A stretch of 59,311 nucleotides of DNA, the filler included, from Jimgerdemannia flammicorona (taxonomy: Eukaryota): NCBI GenBank assembly GCA_003990765.1. It is 3 parts of 3 records of this genome, joined end to end, with 100 filler letters (N's around TTAATTAATTAA, not from the genome) between each part and the next. Parts side by side here need not be neighbours in the genome. Positions count along the whole stretch, not along the records: positions 19,810 to 39,517 come from RBNJ01001871.1; 2 more parts are not named here. The stretch is one strand, 5' to 3'. The position numbers and the translations under genes were made by a program. Under the pieces are notes generated by a model. The model had not been told where the DNA came from and did no database searches. It saw only the letters and a program-made list of their open reading frames with translations. Positions 25,560-37,739 of the stretch are shown in pieces (within the stretch, counting starts at the first letter, position 1; each line of letters starts with the position of its first letter).

Positions 25560-28500
25560 CAAGGAATCATATTCCTGAACTAGGTTGATAGCATTCTGGA
25601 GATTGGTCTTGGGTTTCCAGGTTGCATTGTGGATCGGGTAACCTTTCTATTTGACAAGGTACTCAGGGTGGCTCTTGTTGCCACATTTGTTGAGGATTTG
25701 TTCAACTTCATACTCTTCTTGGTCATTAATGATGACAGGTGCAGGTGGTTTCATGGTCCGATTTGGAAATAGCTCGTCATCATTGTCATTGTATCGCTTG
25801 GGACATTGAACATTAAAGACTGGGTGAATCTTAATGGTATCCAGTAGTGCCAGTTTATAGGAGGTCAGAGAGACTTGTGAAATGACTTCAAATGGTCCAA
25901 TGAACTTGCTGTTCAGCTTCGTAGATGGTCTGTGCTTGAGGTTGTCAACTCGGTATCCTCTGATGTCTAGTAGGACTTTTTCTCCAATATCAAAAGTTTC
26001 TTCTCAGCAGTGTTGGTTAACATACTGTGATTGTTGTTCTTGAGCTTGCAATAAATTCTCAATGGCAATTTGGCTTAAATTGCACATTCGGAGTAAGAAT
26101 TCTTCAACAGCTTCGACTGTGGAGGGTTCTTCAGTGGTTCGGATGAGTGTCAAAGAGGTGTTTGGATTTTGTCCAGTGTTGGTGAAGAATGGGGTCATTC
26201 CAAGAGAGGCTTGCTTGCTATTGTTATAGGCAAACTCGACTGCAGTGAGGTGTTCATGCTAGTCATCTTGTCTGTAGGAAACATAGTTCCTTAGCATTTG
26301 TTCCAGAGTTCAGTTCATTCTTTCAGTTTGGCCATCGGTTTCAGAGTAAAAGGCTGTGGATAGTGCAAGTTTTGTTCCAAGGTGTGCATGGAGGGCTTTC
26401 CAAAAGTGGCTGGTGAATTTCAGATCTCGGTCACTAACAATGATCTTAGGAAGACCATGATAGTGGAAGATGTTGTCAAACAAGAGTGTGGCTATGTCTG
26501 GTGCTGTTGCAGTAGTGGTAGTAGGTACAAAGTGGGCTTGTTTGCTGAGATAGTCTACAAAGACAACAATTGCATCTTTCCTGTTCTTGGTTTGGGGTAG
26601 TTGTACAATGAAGTCCATAGAGATTTGTTTCCAATTTGCAGATAGTACTGGAATAGGGTGGAGTAAGCTGGGTTTTGCTAGTGTTGAGGACTTGTTTCAT
26701 TGACAGGCATCACAGGAAGTGATATAGGTTTTGAGCTGATCTGCCATGCGGGGCCAATAGAAGTTTCAGAAGATAACTTCATAACATTTATTGAATCCTA
26801 AATGTCCAGCTATAGGGGCACCATGATATTCGAATAGGATAGTCCTTCGGAGGTCTCAGTTGTTTGGAACATACAATCTGTCCTTGTAGTAGATAGCATT
26901 GTCCTTGAGTTGGTATTGATTGTACCAGGTATGCTTGTCAGCATCATCATTGTTCAGAATTTCTCGGAGTACTTGAGCTTCCTTGTTGTCTGCACATGCT
27001 GTGATAATTTGTTCCATAATGGAGTTGGTAACCAAGGTCAGAGTTTGGATAACCTCTTCGATTGGTGGTCTGGAGATTGCATTGGCAACAATATATTCCT
27101 TGCCAGGGCAGTACTGGATTTCATAGTCAAAGTTGGTGAGGACTTTCATCCATCTGGCTTGCTTTCGAGAAAGGGTAGCCTGTGTCTTGATGTTGACTAA
27201 TGACTTGTGGTCAGCTAGTACAGTGAAGTGTGCTCCTTCTAGGTATGGTCACCATTTGATCAGAGTGTCTATGATGGCTAGCATTTCCTTCTTGTGAGTT
27301 GTGTAGTTGATTTCGGCATCATTGAACTTACGGGAGTGGTAGGCCACAGGGTGTCCTTCTTGCATAAGCACTGCTCCAAGAGCTAGGTCAGAGGCATCAG
27401 TAGTGACTTCATATGGTAGGGCAGGATTTACTGCTTGAAGTACTGGAGTGGTTATCAGGGCATCTTTCAGTACTTGAAAGGTGGTATCTTGTTCAGGTCC
27501 CCAAGTTACAAGATTGTTGAAGTCTTTCTCTTGTTTCATGGTCCAGGGTTGTTCTTGTTTCTTGCTGTGCATAGTTATTTGGGTGAGGGTGGTAGCAATT
27601 TTAGCAAAGTTGGCAACAAATCACCTGTAATAGTTTGCTAATCCCAGGAATAACTGGAGGTCTTTCAGCTTCTTGGGTCTGGGCCAATCCTTGATTGCAG
27701 AGATTTTGCTGGGGTCTACTTTGATTCCATTTGGGGTGACAATATATCCAAGAAATTGAATTTCTTTCAGGAGAAATTCACATTTGCTGAGTTTTGCAAA
27801 GAGTCAGTTTTTTCGGAGTTTCAGTAGTACTAGTTCAAGGTGTTCAAGATGTTCCTTCAGGGTTTTGCTGAAGACTAGGATGTTGTCAATATAGATAACA
27901 ACGAATTTGTCCAGGTATGGATGCAGAATGGTATTCATCAGTGTCTGGAAGATTGCTGGAGCATTAGTTAAGCCAAAGGGCATAACCAGGAACTTAAAGT
28001 ATTCATAGCAAGTTCAGAAAGCTGTCTTGTAGATGTCTTCTTCTTTCATGGCAATTTGCCAGTAACCATTTCATAGGTCAAAAGAGCTCATGAATTGTGG
28101 GTTGGTGAGCCTATTGAATATTTCATCAATCCTTGGTAGTGGGCAACAGTTCTTGATGGTCTGTTCATTGAGGTCGTGGTAGTCAATGCACATTCGCAGG
28201 TCTCCTCCTTTTTTGACAACAAAGAGGACTGGTGCACCATAGGGTGATACACTGGGTCTGATAAATCCTTGTTCTAGGAGTTCATCAATTTCTTTCTTGA
28301 GTGCATCAATTTCTCTCAGAGACATGTGGTAGATTGACTTGAAGGCTGGTTTGGTATCTGGGATAGTCTTGATTGTATAGTCTACTGCTTGTTTGGGAGG
28401 TAGGCCTTTCGGGAGCTTCTTTGGGAATATGTCTCGGAATTTCTGGAGTAGTGGTCTGACATGGCTGTCAACTTTGGAAAAATCTTCTTCAGAGTTCTCG

Positions 28501-29000
28501 GGTTCTCCTTTGGATGGTCGGATGGAGATGGCGAAGAGAGGGCATTTCTTGGCCAATTTCTTGAGTTGTAGCTTGTTGATATGGGTGATCTTTGGTCCAG
28601 GGTCACTAGAGTTGAGTGAGTCCTTTTCACCTTGTAGTTTGAAGTTGTGGCATCCTTTCTTGATGGTCAGAGAATGGTTTACCCAATCAATCATGGAGTT
28701 CTCTTGTTTTAACCATAGAGTCCCAAGAATGATTTCATTATCAGAAAGTGGTATGATTTGGAGGGTAACATGTACTCAGTAGTCACCAATTCGGAAGGGT
28801 AGATTGCGGACTTCTTTGCTAATAACATGTGAGGTTCCATCAGCTGTAGCAACTGCTTGAGTTTGCTGTACTAGGGAGGTGAAGACCTTGAGTCTGTTGG
28901 CTGTCTCTTCATTAATGAAGTTGCCTGAGGCACCACTGTCTATCATAATCTTGACAGGTGCTCCATTGACAAAAGCCTTAAGGGTGAGCAGTTTGTCTGA
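25560..29000 (-). pseudogene. pol: protease, RT, RNase H, integrase, chromodomain
   Basis: PR IDSGASGNF. RT SPYGAPVLFV..MCIDY..PLPRID..MPFGL..YIDN (decayed YIDD). RH TDASDLALGAVL. IN H..H..CDAC, MDF, SDRD, TDGQTERMN. Chromo EYEVEQIL..EYLVK*KGY. Confidence 0.93.
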
Positions 29001-29206
29001 TCCAATGCTGGTGATTTCAGTTGTAGGAGTCTTTCTTCTGTTGGTTCTTCTTTGAGCCAGTTCGTTGACACAAGAGAAGCAATCATCAATCATTCGGGAA
29101 GAGTACATTCCAATACCATGAGGGCATCAGCCACTTGGTACATATCCATCTTCTATCTTCTTGTAGAATTGTTCTTCTTTGCTCATGGTAGGTTGGGCTG
29201 GGGCCT

Positions 29207-29620
29207 TGTATGATGAACCAAATCCTTTGGATCCTTGGATGGTGGGCAGTAGTTCAGGGACTTCCTTGACTGTCAGGGTTGACTCGATTTTTTCGAATAG
29301 GATCTGGGCAATGCAGAAACCAATAGGGATCTTGAAGGGAGTCCAACTGTGGTTTCGAATGAGGACAATGATTTCGCCTGTGTAATCTTCGTTAATGACT
29401 CCTCCTTCTACTGAGAGTCCTTTCAGTGCTAGGCTGCTGGGACAGCATATTCTTCCAACATGTCCTTCAGGGATTTGGATACTGATTCCTATATAGACTT
29501 GTTTGACTTCTCAGTTGGAAACTGTAGCTTCTTTGGCTGCATACAGGTCATATCCAGCTGCTTTTTGACTTCCTTTGGTTGGGGCCTTAGCAGTTTGTCT
29601 TAACTTGACAAAGTCTAGTG
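29207..29620 (-). pseudogene. dut: Trimeric dUTPase domain between Gag NC and protease
   Basis: All five motifs: AAGYDL, GRICCPSSLA, GGVINEDYTGEI, CIAQI and QGSKGFGSS. One TGA. Not shown in the ORF track. Confidence 0.92.
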
Positions 29621-29689
29621 TTCTGGTGGTCAGGTTGTTGAGGTGGTGCAGAGAGGTGACAGTTGCTCGGGTTGCTGTTCGGGGTTTTC

Positions 29690-30750
29690 AGTTAGGGCAG
29701 GCACTGGCTATGTGTCCTATCTTTCGGCAATAGAAGCATGCTCTGCTTCTTCGAAGTTCATTTCTTTCACCTTCAGTAAGTTTCTTGAAGGTACTTGGCT
29801 GGGTGGGTTTATGATTTCTGGGTATCCAAGAGGTGGATGTGGGGGGAGCTCGAGATGCTTTATGCTTGGGTTCTTCTTTCTTGGTCCAAGTCTTTTCCTT
29901 GTTGTTGAATTGTCTGGGGCAGAATTGGTCCAGCTGTTAGGATTCGCTTGACCATGGTCTTGATTCTTGCCAGGCACCATTGTTGGTAATCACAACCAAC
30001 TGGGCAGCCTTGTTCTCAGATTTTTCTAGTAAGCCATTCAGGCAGAGCATCAAATAAGTGGTCTGCTCTTGTACCATTTCGTGTTTCATCATTGGCAATG
30101 TATCCTAGGCCAACAGTGTTCAGGAGTGACTCGAGTTTTGTACAGAAGGTTTCGAATTCTTCTTTGCCATGTATATTGAATTTGAGGTTGCAGAGTTTTA
30201 CTCGAGATTCAGCAATCATGGTTTCACTATGATATTGAGCAATCATGAGTTGTTTGAGTCCAGGGGCTGCAGGATGGGCTCCATATCCTGGGGCATTGTT
30301 TGCTGCATTCTGGGCAACTACTGCAGGTCGGGTATCCCATGTGAGGGGTTTTTCAGAAAGGGTTCACCACCATTCTTCAGCAGGTCCTCAGAAGAATGTA
30401 ACAACTTGGCGGACATAGGCTGTAGTTGTAGCAAAGAGTTGTTCCAGGGTGTGGTCTTGATTGTTTGTCAGAACGTGGTCAGCAACTCGCTCATTGGTCC
30501 ATTGATTGGCCTCGAAGTTGGTGTCAACTACACTAATAAAGCTTTGGACTTCTTGTGCAGTACCATTGAAGGTAGGTAGGCTGAGATTTTTGGTAGATTG
30601 GGTCTGTTCAGCTAAGGCAGTAATGGTTGCTGCCATTATAGCTACTTGAGCTGTGAGATCAAGAATCTGTTGGTTTGCCATGTTGATTGCTGGAGGTGGT
30701 TGGACTGCTGGTAGTGGTATTACTGGTACTACTTGAGGTACTGGCACAGA
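29690..30750 (-). pseudogene. gag with CCHC knuckle
   Basis: LPTFNGTAQEVQSFI capsid start; CFYCRKIGHIASAC zinc knuckle at ~29695-29740. Confidence 0.88.
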
Positions 30751-31627
30751 GTGTGATGGGGTTCTTTGGGTCTGTATAAGTTGCTAGAGTAGTAGTTGTG
30801 GGTCTGGAGTGAGAGCTTGATAGATAGCTGTTTGTTGCTGTATAGGTGTATTCTGTCCTGATGGATGTGTGTCTCCTTCCGTGGTGTATCCAGGATTGAA
30901 TTCAGTGAGATACTCCTCCTCTTCTTCAGTTTGGTCCCCGTGTAATTGGGTTTGCTCTATATCAAAGTAGACAGAATCAGTTGTATATCTGATTTCAGAT
31001 GGACTTAATTCAAAGTCAAGTTTAGATTTAGTATTGGTTTCAGATTCAGGTAGGGCTGTAGCAGGGCCTGCTTCAGGTTCAGGGTCAGGTAGTTGATGAA
31101 GGGTTTCTCTTGCTTCTTCTTTAAGGATATGGCAGGCCTTGCTGTTCTGGAATTGGTAGTATAAGGCAGTCTTGGTCCTGGTACGGTGAAAGTCAGTAGA
31201 GTTGAGCCACTTGGCTACAGAGGCTTGGGCTTCGTGAGGAACTAAGGCTAGAAAGACTGCTGCTGGTTGTCCTAGGTCGCTCGGATTTGTGGATCTGACA
31301 AAACTCTTATTGAGAAAAGTAAAGAAGGCTTCAATAAGACCTTCTTTGTCTTAACTTGCTGGGTGTAGTGCAAGGAGTTCGGTGAATAGGGTTTCGCCTA
31401 TTTGCTGGTTTAACCAGAGTACTTCTTTTTTTAAATGAAGTTTATCCTACTTGTTGCAGGTATGGAGGTCAAATTGTCCTTGTGCGTCAGGTTCAATTCT
31501 CTCCAGATTGTCAGATGGTTCGGATAAATTCCAGTTCAGAGGTTGGGCTTTATACCAACTTGTAGGAATTCGCAGAGGGGTTTGTAGCAGGGTAAGGAAG
31601 CGTCTTGAAGCAGAATTGGACTGTAAA

Positions 31628-31639
31628 CCAATGCTACCA
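31628..31639 (-). promoter_or_regulatory. Primer-binding site (tRNA-iMet-like)
   Basis: TGGTAGCATTGG 3 nt after the 5' LTR; TGGTAGC matches initiator-Met tRNA 3' ends. Confidence 0.7.
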
Positions 31640-31642
31640 AGT

Positions 31643-33704
31643 TGTAAGAGGGTTACTTTTTAGGGTAACTGTTATATAGTTCTGGAAAGGGTTTCTGAAT
31701 ATTCTGGATGTTCTGGAAGACTGTTTTCTTATGGTCAAGATCAATTTCGTATGGAGTACGTCCTCTACACTTATTGATTTCAAGATCGGGTTGACATCTC
31801 AACCAAAGTCCTTTTTTGGACTAGTTCTGGATGTTCAGGATTTTCCGTATTTCAGGAAGTTCAAGAAACTAAGACTAGCTTAGTTGAATTGGCGTATCGC
31901 TGCAGACAATACCCAATTAGGAAATTTCATGATGGGGTTAGGAGTAAGACCTAATAGGGAGCGAATTTACTTAAGAGTGGTTTGTGGGTTATGGAATAGG
32001 TTTATTTGCTATTCATGATATTGCTATACTAGGAGTATTTGTGTGAAGGGGTATTGTGGGGAAGTATTCAGGAATGTTCTGGTGTGTTTTAGTCTGAGAT
32101 TCTGAGGTCTGGGGGAGGGAGTATTTATACTAGTGAGGGGCTATCTGGGCTATGCTAGATATGGATATAGCACTAAGTGCTTTGCTGAGTCGGAATGCAG
32201 TCACATAGTACAAGTGTGATCTGATATGTCAAGAGATCATCTGACTGCTGAGTCAGTTTACAGTCATATCGTACAAGGCTAATCTAACTATACTATGACT
32301 GCTAGACTATTTATGGGTTTAAGCACTGTCTGGGTAGTCTTTGTTGACATCACTATCGATTGCATCATCTCTGATGAAGTAGTCATCTAGGAATAATAGT
32401 TCGCAGATTACTTCTCCTTGTTCGCTGAGGTAATAGTACATTGGAACTTCATCTCTGTCCCACAGGATAGCATCGTCTGTCTCGTAGGCTGGATAAGGTG
32501 TTGGTGGGTGAAGGATGGATGTATTGTCTTTGCTTTTGTTGGATTCACTGTCTGTATACCTTCTATAGGTTACAGCACTATGAGTTGTAGGATTGTAGTA
32601 AGCTGGCAGCTGTGGTTCATGTCACTCATACTCAGGTGGTAGAGTGGTTGGTTCAATCTCAAGGGTTGTCTGGAGGTACAGGTTGTGTTCTTCGGTCTCT
32701 TCATTGTAGTTGAAGTAGTTGGGGGTGAATGCGGGTTAGTATTCGTGCTAGTGGTCATTGTCCCAATAAGTCTCATATGTAATTATGAACTGTTGTAAGT
32801 TCATTGGCAAGGTTGGCGGAGTGATCAGAGTTGGCAGAGATCCTTGGCTAGAGGTCATGTCGGCATCAGAGGGATCATTGTCTTCTGCTTCATCTTTATT
32901 GAAATGGATTATATCATAGATGTTCTTCATGGCATATCCAACTTGGGGCATTTGCAGGATTTGATCATTGGGGTGTGGGAAGGTTCTGTCTGTGGTTTCG
33001 ATGTACTTGAGGTACTTGTGATTGAGTTCTTGTATCATGTCATCGATTTGGCCATAGGACAGGGTAGCAATTATTTCGCTGGTAGTAACTCGGAGGCGGG
33101 AAATAATAGTGCTGTACTCGTAGAAGAGTTCTCGATGTTTGTGGGCAATGAGCTTCTGGTGTTGAGACATCTGGGTAATATCTATATCATGGTGGTGTTT
33201 GACCATGTCTTCCAGGAGGTGGCTGATCTGGTAGTAGCTTGATATTTGTCCAATTCAGTAGACCTCGCTAAGCATGTTCAGGGCATTCCATTGGGCTTCC
33301 ACGAAGTAGAGGGGTGCCAGGCTATAGATATTCATGAGGGGCAGAGGGGGTGTGGCTTGGTTGACAATGGCATTCCAAATGTCAGCGCGGATACAGTTAT
33401 AGATCTCAGTGGTCATGTTTGTGTATTTGGAAGTTGTGGTTGTTGTTTGTTTTGGTTCTCTGATTCGACACATCTCGGTGCTTGGTATATATGCATTTGG
33501 TCCTGATTGGTAAGGTTCCGTTTGTGTAGATCTTGTGTTCCGTGACTTTGTATTGACTCATCTTTGTGTACTGTGACTTTGGTTTGACTCAGCTTTGTGA
33601 TCAAGCAGGTGATTTCCAGATTTGTTCAGAGGTTATGTGAGATTTCAGTGGCTTGTTCAGAGGGTGACGTGTAATTTCGGTGGCTTGGAGGTTGTGCGCT
33701 TATA
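31643..33704 (-). repeat. 5' LTR (2062 bp)
   Basis: TGTAAG...CTTATA termini, followed by TSD TGATG. Confidence 0.96.
32319..33416 (-). pseudogene. LTR-embedded ORF, 5' LTR copy (366 codons including stop, no indels)
   Basis: ATG in CACAAAC-ATG context with TATATA ~70 nt upstream. Copy-specific stops are sense codons in the other LTR. One TAA (codon 227) is shared. Confidence 0.72.
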
Positions 33705-34398
33705 TGATGAAAATAAACTTCTTAGAAAGGGTTCAAATGGTACACTTAGCTTAGTCTTCAACAGAATCAAGCAATTGAATAAAGGCAAGAAGCATTTGAA
33801 AATTATCTACAATAATGTAGGTAGACAAAACAAAAACAATACTACCCTTTGATTTTACTTATATTTGATAATAAGTGGTTATTATGAAAGTATTGAACTA
33901 AACTTCATGGTTCTAGGTCATACTAAATTCAAGTGTGATAGTAGTTCCAGATTAATCAAAAGGCTTTATTGCAAAACAACAGTGAATTATATAGATCATA
34001 TCATTGATGTGGTAAAAAGGTTTAGCATCACTGAATTAAATAAAGCTTGATATTATAATAGTGATGAAGGTTTTCAATATTATAACATCATAAGTGGCCT
34101 AGAAACTTATTTTAAAAAATTGCCTAGCTTGTAAAAGTTTCAGTACTTTCTTTTTACCAGCACTAATCTTGAGAAAATCAAAACCCAAGCAGTCATAAAT
34201 GGTTCTTTCCAGGAATTCAAGTTATTGAAGACTAGTAAATCCACAACCCCTCAAGCTATAGAAAAATTCAAAGCCTTGTCATTTCCAGTGCTTAAGCCTC
34301 TTCCTATGGAATTGAAATGCTAAGAATACCTTTATCACAATATTTGCCTATTTGTTAGAGACCAATTTAAAGATATTACTTGTCTCAAGCTAATATAG
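33705..34398 (+). mobile_element. Sola-type transposase relic, 3' part
   Basis: Rejoined frame reads VLD|ENKLLRKGSN. YNNVGRQNKN (decayed DNxxGQNKN) and FMVLGHTKFKCD (GHxxxxxD) are Sola-like catalytic motifs. Confidence 0.8.
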
Positions 34399-36289
34399 TT
34401 TTTATTTTACTTTTTTCTATTACTGATAAACTCTTTAACCAACATATAAGCAGTTGTTCTCATAATCATAATTAAAACTACTCCTAATCCAATTCAAGGA
34501 ATTTGATTAGGTTTTTGCTTATCAGTTTGGTTAAGTTCTAATCTAACTAATTTGGCTCTTTTAGTTTGTAATTCTTGTTCTTGTTCAGCAGTTCAATTAG
34601 TTTGTTTTTCTAAATTTTTAATTTGAATTCATACTTTTGCAATTTTATTTCTTCTTTTCATTTCCTTTTCAGAAACCAAGAAAGAAAGATGGGTACCTTC
34701 TTTCTTATATTTTAAATAATCTATATCATCTTTTCAAATCATATAATAAGTTTCAGGATCACAAAGTTTTTCAGCAAGACATTCATTTTCCATGGTACTA
34801 TCAAATTGGTTGTCTTTTTTAATTGGTCTATAATGTCTTCAATATTTTTGCAATTTAGTTTTAGGAAACACATTAATTATGAATTCAGATTCACTATAAT
34901 TATTGATATAAGAAGGAATATCACCTTCCCATTTTTCCACTTTTAATGCTTTTACTAGTTCTTTTTCTAATTTGTATCCAATCTGAAAATCATGAATATC
35001 CATGGTACTTTCAAATTTTTATATTGTTTCTTATAATACTTCACCTAGTTGATCTCAGGTTTTTTGATCAATACTGTTGATATTGTTAGGTAAGTATTTT
35101 TTAGTAGAAATAGTTGTATATCCAAAACTTACTTCATTACATAACTTAGCAACTATCTTATACTTTTCAATAATAATATTATCTATATTATCTGAATTGG
35201 GTTCTAAGTTTTCTTCAGTCACCTTTATTTGTTTGGGTATAGCCTTTCTCATAAGCTCTTTTGGATCCAGTGACTTTGTAATCTTTTTTATATTTAGAAA
35301 CTATTCATATGTAAAAATGGGGTGAGTTCTGACCACCCAATTTTCCTACTGTGAAACTAACACAATATCCCAGTAGTTTTATTATATCTATTTTTTTAAT
35401 ACTATCCTTTAAGACTGGTAAAATATCTGCTCATTCTTGCCTAGTTATTTCTCATAAATTATTAGTGTGATGTTTGGTACATAATACTATATGAGCTTTA
35501 GTTTGTGCTCTCATATTTAAACTAGAAAAAACAGTACCATTAAAGTCTGGCAATCAATATTTATATATCTTTTTTTCATATACTTTAATGTTATTGTAAA
35601 TATGACAAACTATTTCCCCCTTTTCTATACTTTTTGAGCAAATATAACTTAGAGTATTATTATCTTTTCAAGAAAAGTATTCATCTTACTTGCCTCTTTG
35701 AATTTCTTTTTGACAATTCTGGCATTGAGAGTATTTATATCTATGACTGTCTTCATAAGTGGTAATATCTCAATTGAGCATGATTTTACATTGAGAGCAA
35801 AAAGTGGTTATTCTATCTTATCTTCCACTATCTTTATCTTTTATACTTCTGACTCTAAAAGATCAATCAAAATTTTCTTTATTTTTAGCCTTAATTAATA
35901 TTTCTCTAAAGATTTTCTTTTTACTTCTTTCTCATTCAGTAGTTTTTTCATCTAATTCTTACTGAATGAGATATTATAAACAATCTCAATAATGAAATTC
36001 AATATGTTTTTGATCTTCTTCATCTCACCAATCAACTGTTAGTCCTTCTTTTATTTGATTACAATTAAAACATTCTTTGCTAGCCATCATACTTATTGTT
36101 TATAAGTAGGATTTTAGCAAAAAATAATAATAATTAAAGCAGAGAGTGTGTGAGATAAAAATAATGAAGAAATAAATTGTGGGTTATATTTTACTGTAAT
36201 TATCATAGAAATGTGAGAGTGAAAATAAAAATTTTAAGCCTAATATCCAAATGACATCAAATGTTCACTTTGTCTAGTTTTGTTGCAGT

Positions 36290-37735
36290 ATACTCCATAT
36301 CATCTGTAATGGTACCCACCTTCCACACTACACCATATACCAAGAGCTCTGCCACTTTCTGCTATATTCTATCTATTAGAGCTTTTAATGAAAGAACATA
36401 GAGAATAGGAGACAATAGGTCTCCCTGAGGAACTCCTCTCCCCAAGAAGAAAGCCAAACTTCAGTAACTATTACACATCAGTGCTGCCCTACTACCCTCT
36501 AACAGATTCAATATAGATGCTTGAAATCATGAGAGAATACCAATTCTATCCAGCATCTTGCCTAGCCACACTCACCAAACATGGTCATAGGTCTTCTCCT
36601 GGTCTAAAAAGACCAGTCTCCCATCCAATCCACAAGCCCTTGCTCCTTCAATAATACCATAAACCCAGACAGTCCCATCTCTGATAAGTCTGCCTCCAAC
36701 AAAGCCCCACTGTTCCTTCCCCAGCACCTGTTGGGCAACCTTCTGTAGTCTTGCAACAATCATCTTGGTCACCATCTTCCTGTCCATATCCAGAAGCATG
36801 ATCTGCCTCTAGTTCTTCCAATTCTCCCTCCTCCCCTTGTCTTTATACAACAAGGTCACCAGCCCTAAGACCTGCCCACCAACTCACTTTCCATTCAGAA
36901 GAATATGGTCACAGAGAGCAGCCATCTCTCTCAATACTCTAGGGACCTTTGCTATTTTCTTTTAGAAGTCCCAAGGCAATCCATCTTCTTCTAGTACAGT
37001 TCCAATCTTGGTTGCTACAAGGACTCTCTGTATCTCCTCCTCTTGGACTGGTTTAATCAAGTCACCAAGTCTCTCCACTTATAGCAGATTCCACTCTTTC
37101 AATATATCACCAATTGCCTCTGCATCTGCTCCCCCTTCCTCCTCACTCCAAAGGCTCCTCCATCTCTCCTTCAGTACTCCCAAGATCTATTGCATGCTAT
37201 GTACCATTTCTCCCTCTGTATTCAAGACCCCATTCCAATGATGTTGTACCCTCTTAGCTTGAAGAAGCCTAGACAAGTACCTAGTAGGCCACTCACCTTT
37301 CTCAAGCCCCTACCACCATAGTCTGGCAGCCATTCCTTGCAAATGAATTTCCTCCTCTTCTCTCAATATCTGTTACAACTCCACTATCTCTAATTTTGCC
37401 CTCTCTAACCTCCAATCCTCTACCTCTTCAGAAGAAAGCAAATCAGCCCATTCTATCTGCAATCTAATCAGCCTATTAGAAGCATACCTTATATACTTTC
37501 TCTTCTACCTCCCAGCCTCCTTACCAGCTCCTCTCCAATACCTCCTTCAATCTCATCTAATAGTTACCCACAGATGAATCCTCATATATCTAGTGAGTGA
37601 TCTTCTTCTGGATTTCCTCCACCCATGGATCTCACAACCCCTTCTCAGCCAATAGAGAGGAGTTAAGGCACCAATGTCTGTGTCCATCTCCACTCCTCCC
37701 AAACTGTCTCTACCTCAATAGCTCCCAGTGGAATT
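36290..37735 (-). mobile_element. Internal ORF2 fragment of the LINE family (copy 3)
   Basis: Near-colinear with ~15040-16490 (MLLDMDRK..LDQEKTYD..GVPQGD). Confidence 0.9.
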
Positions 37736-37739
37736 TAGT

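Larger units (their letters stand above)
23065..33704 (-). mobile_element. Complete Ty3/gypsy chromovirus (gag-dUTPase-PR-RT-RH-IN-chromo), decayed
   Basis: Two ~2.06-kb LTRs, 5-bp TSD TGATG (23060-23064 and 33705-33709), PBS, PPT and all pol motifs in gypsy order. Confidence 0.96.
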
